Assembly (NCBI GenBank): GCA_934096585.1
Contig: CAKOMG010000002.1
Location: forward strand, 71,277-135,276
Source: an uncultured Bacilli bacterium
GTDB lineage: Bacteria > Bacillota_I > Bacilli_A > ML615J-28 > CAG-698
Length of the DNA stretch: 64,000 nucleotides
Reading direction: 5' to 3'
The notes beneath the pieces were generated by a model that was not told the DNA's origin, did no database searches, and saw only the letters and a program-made list of their open reading frames with translations. A program made the translations under genes and the position numbers. Shown piece by piece: positions 57,238 through 64,000 of this stretch (the stretch's first letter is position 1; each line of letters opens with the position of its first letter).

Positions 57238-57993
57238 ATGACAAGAAAAGAAGTAAAACAAGAATATTTACAAAATAGAAAGGAAATTAAAAAAGAATAT
57301 AAAATAAAGAAAAAAGAATTAAAGAATAATTATAAACTCACTAAAGAAAAACCAATTGTTGTTTCAACTGTTCCTCATAGATCTGTGCTTGAAGAAATCG
57401 GTAATGCAACTACTCATGGCGTTGGCTCTTTATTTGCAATTTTTGCATTGGTTATGATGCTAATTAAACAAGATTCAACTATAAAACTAGTTTCAGCATT
57501 AATATATTTCTTTGGATTATTTTTTATGTTTACAATGAGCTGTTTATATCATTCGTTTAAATATGGTACAACTGTAAAAAAAGTATTCAGAAGATTTGAT
57601 TATACATCAATATATTTACTTATCGGTTCAACTTTTGCACCTATTTTACTTTGTTATATTGGGGGAACATATGGAATAATATTTTGCGCTATCCAATGGG
57701 CAATTATAATAACAGGAATTACTTTAGTTTGTGTGTTTGGACCACATAGATTGCGATTCATTCATATTCCTTTGTATTTCATTTTAGGATGGAGTGCTTT
57801 ACTTTTTCTTCCTAAAATGATTAAAAATGATTTGATGTTCTTTATTTATATTTTAATTGGTGGAATAGTTTATTCACTTGGTATTATACCTTTTGCAATT
57901 AAAAAGAAGGTATCTCATTTTATATGGCACTTTTTTGTATTATTCGGTGCAGTAATACAATGGGTTGGTATTTTTCTATTCATTTATAAATAA
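57238..57993 (+). CDS. hemolysin III / PAQR (YqfA-like) family membrane protein
   Basis: 7-TM protein with 'NATTHGVGSLFAIF' and the 'SCLYHSF' His motifs typical of Hly-III. RBS AGAGGTGG before ATG 57238. Confidence 0.75.
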   Translation: MTRKEVKQEYLQNRKEIKKEYKIKKKELKNNYKLTKEKPIVVSTVPHRSVLEEIGNATTHGVGSLFAIFALVMMLIKQDSTIKLVSALIYFFGLFFMFTMSCLYHSFKYGTTVKKVFRRFDYTSIYLLIGSTFAPILLCYIGGTYGIIFCAIQWAIIITGITLVCVFGPHRLRFIHIPLYFILGWSALLFLPKMIKNDLMFFIYILIGGIVYSLGIIPFAIKKKVSHFIWHFFVLFGAVIQWVGIFLFIYK

Positions 57994-58040
57994 AAGTTGA
58001 AAAATAATTTAAAAAGGTATATAATACAAATATATCTTTT

Positions 58041-58131
58041 GGAGAAATACCCAAGTGGCTGAAGGGTCTCGTTTCGAACGCGAGTAGACTATGAAAGTAG
58101 TGCGAGGGTTCAAATCCCTCTTTCTCCGCCA
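58041..58131 (+). tRNA. tRNA-Ser (anticodon CGA), class II, with encoded CCA
   Basis: Acceptor GGAGAAA/TTTCTCC. D-loop with GTGGCTGAAGG. Anticodon stem CTCGT/GCGAG (one G.U pair) with loop TTCGAAC. Long variable arm. T-arm GAGGG-TTCAAAT-CCCTC. Discriminator G plus CCA. Confidence 0.8.
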
Positions 58132-58221
58132 TTTAAGAAGCAACAAGTGTTATTTAAATTGTATTAGATTTTTAATTTTTACCAAAAGGAACATTTATCC
58201 TTTCCACTAGCAAGTTTTAAA

Positions 58222-58266
58222 GCCTTGTAGAAGTGTCAAACGGCATTTCTATGAGGCTTTTTTTTC
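58222..58266 (+). terminator. intrinsic terminator about 90 nt downstream of tRNA-Ser
   Basis: GCCTTGTAGAA...TTTCTATGAGGC imperfect stem followed by T8. Confidence 0.45.
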
Positions 58267-58624
58267 TTAGGCATCAAATATTGATTTATCAAAACTATTC
58301 AACTTTTTTAGATTTTTACTTCAATCATTTTTAAAAAAAATCAAAATGGTGCCAAATGGCACTGCCTAAAAAACTAAGCTTATGGTACAATATACGTGCA
58401 AATTAAAACTGAGCGTATGATCATAAGACTTTAGACTAGTAAACGACACTATTAATTAAAAAATTAACATAATTTGTTGAATAAATTTTCAAGTATTATA
58501 AAAAAGAAAATGTAATTATTTTGATATTATAAAAACTAATGAAAAGTAGCAAAAGACAACAAAACAGGTTTCAACGCCTTAAATGGCGAAAAGAAATAAA
58601 GAAAAAATAAAAAAGGAGAAAAAT

Positions 58625-60973
58625 ATGAAAAAAAATTCACTATGCAAGGTTCTTGCGGTAAGTGTGATGTTTGTATTATCAATATTAATGCTTACAGCCT
58701 GCAACCCAAAACACGCACATGCTTTTGATTCTACAAAGTGGAAAAACGACGCAAATAACCACTGGCATCCTGCAACTTGCGGTCATGACGATTTAAAAGG
58801 TGATGTTGCAGCACATACTTTTGACGCTGGCAGAATTACAGTAGAAGCAACTGAGAAAGCTAACGGCGAAAAGGTGTACACTTGTACAGTTTGTAAGTAC
58901 GAGAAAAAGGAAGTAATTCCGCAATTAGATCATACGCATACTTTTGATTCTACAAAATGGGAAAAGGATGAAAATAACCATTGGCACCCTGCAACTTGTG
59001 GTCATACTGACCAAAAAGGTGATGTTGCAGCACATACTTTTGACGCTGGTAGAATTACAGTAGAAGCAACTGAGGAAGCTAACGGCGAAAAAGTGTACAC
59101 TTGTACAGTTTGTAAGTACGAGAAAAAGGAAGTAATTCCGCAATTAGATCATACGCATACTTTTGATTCTACAAAATGGGAAAAGGATGAAAATAACCAT
59201 TGGCACCCTGCAACTTGTGGTCATACTGACCAAAAAGGTGATGTTGCAGCACATACTTTTGACGCTGGTAGAATTACAGTAGAAGCAACTGAAGAAGCTA
59301 ACGGCGAAAAAGTGTATACTTGTACAGTTTGTAAGTACGAGAAAAAAGAAGTAATTCCACAATTAGATCATACACATAAGTTTGATATGACTAGGTGGGA
59401 ATATGATGCAAATAACCACTGGCACCCTGCAACTTGCGGACACACTCTTGAAAAAGAGGGAACAGCAAACCACACATTTAGTGAGTGGACTGTTAAAACC
59501 GAGGCTGGATACGGCGTAAATAGAGTGGAACAAAGAGATTGTAGCGTTTGTGGCTTCCATGAAGAAAAAACGATAGAAGGTACTTTAATTCCACCTAAAG
59601 CAAGAGAAATTACAGTTGGGGCTATTGACTTTACATTCAACGGCACTACTCAAAGCATAGATGGCCTTGTTACTGTGACTAATACAGAGGGTGGTATGAA
59701 TATTCGTTACTGCGTTGATGATGGTGCGGACAATTGGGTAGATACTGCACCTACTAATGCAGGAAACTATAAGTATAAAATTACTCTAAACGGAACTAAA
59801 GAATGGGCACAATGTGAAAAAGAGGATGTGTTCACTATTAAAAAGTTCGAAATCAATCTAGATAAAGAAGTGTATGAAATCAATAAAGATGAAAAGCTTG
59901 AAGGTGGATTATTTGGTGTTTCTTGTGTAGAAGTTAGTGCTTTAACTAATTCTTATACAGATTGGGTTACTGTATTAGCTCCGGAAGAAAACAACGTAGC
60001 TGGTAGACATGTTATAAATGTAGATGCTTTAACTACCGATGATGAAAACTTCACTGTTAATGCAAATACCGAAACGATTACTTTCGTTGTATATGATAAT
60101 GCAAATTTAATTACGGGTGTCCGTGATAAATTCACAATTACAAACGTTAGTGGAGTAATTGTAACAACTAAAATTGTCCAAGGCACGATAAGAGTTAACG
60201 ACGAAATCTATAACCAAGAACTTGGTAAGAAATTAATCGTTAAAAAAATGGAAATAGAGCGCAAAGCAGTAGACAAGGCAACTGTTGGCGATGAGGTTAG
60301 TCTACTTGTTGAAGGAGCAACTAAAGAAGAATTAGAGATTGGTCAAATGCTAACTAAGTTTGGTACAGTAAATAATTACAACAAATTTACTATTAAGTTA
60401 AGATTGCTTACAAAAGCTGAAGGAGGAAGAAATACTCCTATTAACTCTGGATATAAACCAACTTTATCGTTTACGTCTATTTCAAAAAGTATCATAGGTA
60501 CTATTACTTTACCTGAAGGCGTAGAAATGATGATACCTGGCGAAACTATTGAGGGCGCTATGGTTTCCTTTGATACAAAAATACCTGGTTTTGTAGGGTA
60601 TAAGTTTACAATTAGAGAAGGTGGACAAACTATAGGTTATGGTGAAGTAACAGGCATGCACTTTGATTCTACCGCACTTACTTTGAATAGTGGCGTTGCA
60701 ACTTCGGATAGCATTTATTTGTTAGAAGGCGAGAGTAGAGAATTTACAATTAGCCTTATTGTTATGAAACGCCAATATGCTAAGTATAACTTTAAAGTGT
60801 TAAATACTACAGACCTAACTATGAAGGTATATTTTTTAGATGATGAATTAACACTTGATGATAACGGAAATTATAACTTTTTTGGAACAGGCAGGCCATT
60901 TACTGTTAAAATCGTAGTTACGGCAAATAAGGCGACTACCGGAAATCTAAAAATTAGTAAAGTTGAAAGTTAG
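58625..60973 (+). CDS. secreted lipoprotein: 4 tandem Cys/His-rich 73-aa repeats + central beta domain + EF-Tu domain II/III homolog (no GTPase domain) + C-terminal beta domain
   Basis: RBS AAAGGAG before ATG 58625. Signal peptide MKKNSLCKVLAVSVMFVLSILMLTAC (lipobox LTAC). Each repeat contains 'NHWHPATCGH' and 'YTCTVCKYEK'. Residues approximately 515-692 of the track ORF align with EF-Tu D2-D3 ('LPEGVEMMIPGE', 'KAEGGRNTPINSGYKP', 'FTIREGGQTIGYGEV'). Confidence 0.7.
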   Translation: MKKNSLCKVLAVSVMFVLSILMLTACNPKHAHAFDSTKWKNDANNHWHPATCGHDDLKGDVAAHTFDAGRITVEATEKANGEKVYTCTVCKYEKKEVIPQLDHTHTFDSTKWEKDENNHWHPATCGHTDQKGDVAAHTFDAGRITVEATEEANGEKVYTCTVCKYEKKEVIPQLDHTHTFDSTKWEKDENNHWHPATCGHTDQKGDVAAHTFDAGRITVEATEEANGEKVYTCTVCKYEKKEVIPQLDHTHKFDMTRWEYDANNHWHPATCGHTLEKEGTANHTFSEWTVKTEAGYGVNRVEQRDCSVCGFHEEKTIEGTLIPPKAREITVGAIDFTFNGTTQSIDGLVTVTNTEGGMNIRYCVDDGADNWVDTAPTNAGNYKYKITLNGTKEWAQCEKEDVFTIKKFEINLDKEVYEINKDEKLEGGLFGVSCVEVSALTNSYTDWVTVLAPEENNVAGRHVINVDALTTDDENFTVNANTETITFVVYDNANLITGVRDKFTITNVSGVIVTTKIVQGTIRVNDEIYNQELGKKLIVKKMEIERKAVDKATVGDEVSLLVEGATKEELEIGQMLTKFGTVNNYNKFTIKLRLLTKAEGGRNTPINSGYKPTLSFTSISKSIIGTITLPEGVEMMIPGETIEGAMVSFDTKIPGFVGYKFTIREGGQTIGYGEVTGMHFDSTALTLNSGVATSDSIYLLEGESREFTISLIVMKRQYAKYNFKVLNTTDLTMKVYFLDDELTLDDNGNYNFFGTGRPFTVKIVVTANKATTGNLKISKVES
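58718..59374 (+). repeat. three tandem 219-bp direct repeats (copies 2 and 3 nearly identical) plus a diverged fourth copy to about 59590, inside the lipoprotein gene
   Basis: Copies are 58718-58936, 58937-59155 and 59156-59374. Copies 2 and 3 differ by only a few synonymous or conservative substitutions, and are mirrored by the near-identical antisense ORFs 58925-59143 and 59144-59362 in the track. Confidence 0.85.
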
Positions 60974-61020
60974 AGTTACCTATAGTTCATAAGTAATAAA
61001 GATGTCAAGAAAAAATAAGT

Positions 61021-61055
61021 AGCAAGTGAGAATTTTCTCGCTTGCTATATTTTTA
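61021..61055 (+). terminator. intrinsic terminator after the EF-Tu-like lipoprotein gene
   Basis: AGCAAGTGAGA-ATTT-TCTCGCTTGCT (one G.U pair) followed by ATATTTTT. Confidence 0.55.
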
Positions 61056-61587
61056 CGTATTAAGTAGCATTATTACTCCCTATAGAGTAAAAAAATTAGC
61101 AAGTATAGTGTGGGTATTGAAAAAACATAGTATAATTGTTGTAGAAAAGTTCGTAGAAGACAACATAAAAATTATTTAGAAATATAATGATTAGCGTTTG
61201 GTGATAAGGGGTATATTTTTATGCAAGTGATACTTACAACTTAGACCTTTTTACACCGCATTACAATTAAAGATGCTAGTAAAAGAAGTGGATGATGGAC
61301 AAATGTGCTCTAATAAGTTTGGTGATGAAGAATTTTTATATAATACAACTAGTTAAGGTCCTTGCACTTAACAACCTAAACCAAACGAATATCGATCATT
61401 TATTTCATATTTTTCTCATTATTATAAATTTTGGCATTTCAAAATATATATAAATTGATGTTTAGACTTGATTATTTTAGGTTTTATAAAATAGAATTTC
61501 TTGTTATTAATGGAAAAATAATTTATTTTATTATTGAATGTTAAGAAACTTTTTGTTAAAATATAATTATAATAATGGAGGTACATA

Positions 61588-62289
61588 ATGGCAATATTAA
61601 CTTTAAAAAATGTAAAAAAAGAATATCGTGTTGGAGAAATTATTATACCTGCAGTAGAAGACGTATCATTTGAATTAAACGAAGGTGAATTAGTTGTTAT
61701 TCTGGGGGCATCAGGTGCTGGTAAAACTACACTTTTAAATTTACTTGGTGGTATGGATAGAGCTACAAGCGGAGCAATTATTATCGATGGTAAAAATATA
61801 ACAGGATTTAACAAGAAAGAACTTGCCAATTATCGCCGTAACGATGTGGGATTTGTTTTTCAGTTTTATAATCTAATGCCTAATTTAACTGCTCTTGAAA
61901 ATGTTGAAATAGCAGTTGAAATATGCGATAATCATTTAGATCCTAAAACTGTTTTAGAAGAAGTAGGACTAGCTGATAGATTAAATAACTTTCCTGCTGA
62001 ACTATCTGGTGGAGAACAACAAAGAGTATCTATTGCTCGTGCAATTGCTAAAAACCCAAAGATGATACTTTGTGATGAGCCAACAGGGGCACTTGACTAT
62101 ATGACGGGAAAAAAGATTTTAAAGTTATTACAAGACCTATCAAGAAAGGAAAGAAAGCTTATTATTGTTGTAACTCATAATGCGGCTTTAAAGGCTATGG
62201 CAGATAAAGTTATAAAAATAAAAAGTGGACGTGTTGAAAGCATTGAAATTAATGAACATCCTGTTCCAGTTGAGGTGATAGAGTGGTAA
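61588..62289 (+). CDS. ABC transporter ATP-binding protein (MacB/FtsE/LolD-like)
   Basis: RBS GGAGG. Walker A 'GASGAGKTT', Q-loop, signature '[15 protein letters not shown]', Walker B '[11 protein letters not shown]'. Confidence 0.85.
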   Translation: MAILTLKNVKKEYRVGEIIIPAVEDVSFELNEGELVVILGASGAGKTTLLNLLGGMDRATSGAIIIDGKNITGFNKKELANYRRNDVGFVFQFYNLMPNLTALENVEIAVEICDNHLDPKTVLEEVGLADRLNNFPAELSGGEQQRVSIARAIAKNPKMILCDEPTGALDYMTGKKILKLLQDLSRKERKLIIVVTHNAALKAMADKVIKIKSGRVESIEINEHPVPVEVIEW

Positions 62290-64000
62290 AGACATATTTT
62301 AAAGTTGTTAGAAGAATGTTTAAAAAACAACTTACAAGACTTCTATCACTTATTGGTATAATTCTAATTTCTGTAGGATTTGTATCTGGAATTGGTTCTC
62401 CCACAGATATGATAAAAGATAGTGTTGAGAATTATTATAAGAATCAAAATGTAAGTGATTTTATAATAAAAAGCAAAACAGGTAGTTTTACTCAAACAGA
62501 AGTTGATAAACTTAAAAGTTATTTTGGTGAAGCAAATGTAGAAACGGGAATGTCTATAGACATAAAAACCGGAGAAAAAACTTCTTTAAGAGTGTATTTT
62601 TTAGATTTTGAACAATGGAATATTAATGTTCCTGAACTTATTGAAGGGGAAAAAATAAATAAAAATGATGAAAACCAAGTATATGCAGAAGTTAAAGATA
62701 ATAAAATTAAAGGATATAATATTGGTGATAAAATCGAATTAAATTTACAAGAAGCACTTAATCTTCCTTCTGAATATAAATTAAATATCACTGTAAAAGG
62801 AATAGTAATGAGCCCACTTACCTTTGGAAAAGATGGGGAACCGAGTTATAATAATCCTGAAGATACAAAAACTCCTGAAAATATTGCTGAAATTAACAAA
62901 CTTGATTTGTTAGAAAATATTATATATTGTCCAAAAGAAGTATGTCCTTTTATGCCGGTTGGCGATATATATGTAAAAATAAAAGATAGATCTCTTTTTA
63001 ATTCATTTTCAAAAAATTATGAAAATTATATAAAAGAACAAAAAGAAGAAATTACTAACATTTTAGGTGATAACATAAGAATAATTACTCTAGATGATAA
63101 TTTTAGTTTTAAATCAATAATATCAAGTGCTAATAAAGTAAGGAGTATAGGGAACATTTTAATGGTAATATTTATTGCTGTTACGCTATTAGTAGTTTTA
63201 TCGTCAATGATGAGATTAGTTGATGAAGAACGTGCACAAATTGCATGCCTTAAAACTCTTGGATTTAGTGGCTTTACTATTATCATGAAATATATTTTCT
63301 TTGCATTAGTTGCTTTAGCTGTTGGTGGATGCGTCGGATTTTTCGTTGGTTATGGTGTATCATGGTTAATTTGTAATATTTTTAATTATGGACACGTGAT
63401 GCCTCCTATTAATGTTATAGTTAATCCTAGTTATTTCTTTTTGTCAATAGGAATAATTATTGTTGTGACATTACTTGCAATATTTGGCCTTGGTATAAAA
63501 CTTACAAATAATGAACCTGCGGTTTTATTAAGGCCTAAAGTTCCAAAATCTGGAAAAAGAATTTTGCTTGAAAAGATGCCATTGATATGGAAACATTTAG
63601 CATTTAAATATAAATCTTCTTTTAGAAATGTTCTAAGATACAAAACAAGGTTTTTTATGATGCTTATATCAATTGCGGTCTCAACAGGTCTTGTGTTTGC
63701 TGGCCTTTCTTTATTGGATATATGCATATTTAGTAATTTTGGTTCACCCGCAATCGTAGGAATTGCTATAGTAGTAGTAATTTTTGCAGGCCTATTAACT
63801 ATTGTTGTTATTAATACACTGACAACTATAAATATAAGTGAACGAAATAGAGAAATAGCTACTTTAATGGTTTTAGGTTACTATGACAATGAGATTTGTG
63901 GGTATATTTATCGAGAAATATATATTAGTACATTTCTTGGGATTCTTTTGGGATACCCTGTAGGTATTGGACTGTCAACTTTAGTTTTTATAACAATGGG
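62283..64000 (+). CDS. FtsX/MacB-type ABC permease with a large extracytoplasmic domain; 5' partial that continues beyond the window
   Basis: GTG at 62283 is preceded by GAGGTG (62272-62277) and overlaps the ATPase stop (GTGGTAA). N-terminal TM 'LLSLIGIILISVGFVSGIG', an extracellular domain of about 250 aa, then FtsX-like TM helices ('LKTLGFSGFTIIMKY...'). No stop before base 64000. Confidence 0.65.
   Translation, partial: MVKTYFKVVRRMFKKQLTRLLSLIGIILISVGFVSGIGSPTDMIKDSVENYYKNQNVSDFIIKSKTGSFTQTEVDKLKSYFGEANVETGMSIDIKTGEKTSLRVYFLDFEQWNINVPELIEGEKINKNDENQVYAEVKDNKIKGYNIGDKIELNLQEALNLPSEYKLNITVKGIVMSPLTFGKDGEPSYNNPEDTKTPENIAEINKLDLLENIIYCPKEVCPFMPVGDIYVKIKDRSLFNSFSKNYENYIKEQKEEITNILGDNIRIITLDDNFSFKSIISSANKVRSIGNILMVIFIAVTLLVVLSSMMRLVDEERAQIACLKTLGFSGFTIIMKYIFFALVALAVGGCVGFFVGYGVSWLICNIFNYGHVMPPINVIVNPSYFFLSIGIIIVVTLLAIFGLGIKLTNNEPAVLLRPKVPKSGKRILLEKMPLIWKHLAFKYKSSFRNVLRYKTRFFMMLISIAVSTGLVFAGLSLLDICIFSNFGSPAIVGIAIVVVIFAGLLTIVVINTLTTINISERNREIATLMVLGYYDNEICGYIYREIYISTFLGILLGYPVGIGLSTLVFITM

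Noticed and set aside
41687-58131. tRNA-Leu and tRNA-Ser as boundaries of an integrated island
   Set aside because: The intervening 16 kb is largely ordinary metabolic and surface genes. There is no integrase or recombinase and no obvious direct repeat of either tRNA 3' end, so there is no evidence for a tRNA-targeted mobile element.
58345-58392. Hairpin GTGCCA-AA-TGGCAC that reads as hairpin plus T-run on the minus strand (possible antisense terminator or sRNA end) in the 450-bp spacer between tRNA-Ser and the lipoprotein gene
   Set aside because: The stem is only 6 bp with a 2-nt loop, and there is no minus-strand gene or promoter to terminate. It is kept only as a note that the 58132-58582 spacer could hide a small RNA.
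58925-59362. Two near-identical 72-aa minus-strand ORFs (58925-59143 and 59144-59362), plus antisense ORFs at 59363-59560 and 59368-59646
   Set aside because: They are antisense shadows of the tandem 219-bp repeats inside the + strand lipoprotein gene. Their near-identity simply reflects repeat copies 2 and 3, and they have no RBS and no independent support.
1-64000. CRISPR arrays, rRNA operons, intact prophage or integrative element
   Set aside because: No regularly spaced direct repeats, no rRNA-like conserved blocks and no integrase, terminase or capsid-like ORFs were seen anywhere in the window.

Overview
This window is an AT-rich segment resembling a low-GC Firmicutes chromosome (that attribution is inference only). 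It uses the standard genetic code: TGG encodes Trp throughout the long ORFs and TGA is a stop. All family assignments come from motifs read by eye; no searches were run.

Work through the window in order:
- 1-10.2 kb: an accessory-looking region. It holds a YhcG/DUF1016-type PD-(D/E)xK nuclease, an orphan RHS C-terminal toxin tip with small immunity-like ORFs, a run of small lipoprotein or secreted genes, and a lipoprotein gene frameshifted at an A6 tract.
- 10.4-18.7 kb: a TetR gene with a promoter and operator-like palindrome, then an approximately 2,380-aa GLUG-repeat surface protein. That protein is interrupted by a single in-frame TAA and is followed by a frameshifted IS3-family transposase remnant.
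- 19.5-24.5 kb: a consensus sigma-A promoter and T-box leader in front of metNIQ, then a DUF3781-like ORF, an SDR oxidoreductase and a convergent hbd-like gene.
- 24.7-35.8 kb: a flavinylation and ion-motive cluster. It contains an internally duplicated lipoprotein, a lipoprotein ApbE, and rnfCDGEA with no rnfB in the window. RnfG is about twice the usual length and carries two FMN-attachment-like motifs. A NusG-domain-II-like ORF and a Gx transporter follow, then nadK and nfnAB.
- 36-58 kb: a MATE transporter behind a candidate attenuator leader, an ArsB/NhaD permease, ung, tRNA-Leu(CAG) and an AKR-FeS oxidoreductase. Two lipoproteins carry Listeria-Bacteroides repeats, and one of them ends in an NlpC/P60 peptidase domain. 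Then come a GGDEF protein, an AbrB-ABC operon, a PheB-like ACT protein, a beta-lactamase-like hydrolase and a GH18 lipoprotein. The stretch ends with a fold-III decarboxylase, a DagK-like kinase, degV, hemolysin III and tRNA-Ser(CGA).
- 58.6-61 kb: a lipoprotein with four tandem 73-aa Cys/His repeats fused to a clear homologue of EF-Tu domains II-III and lacking the GTPase domain. This is the most unusual element in the window.
- 61.6-64 kb: a MacB/FtsX-type ABC pair; the permease runs off the end of the window.

No CRISPR array and no rRNA genes were seen.
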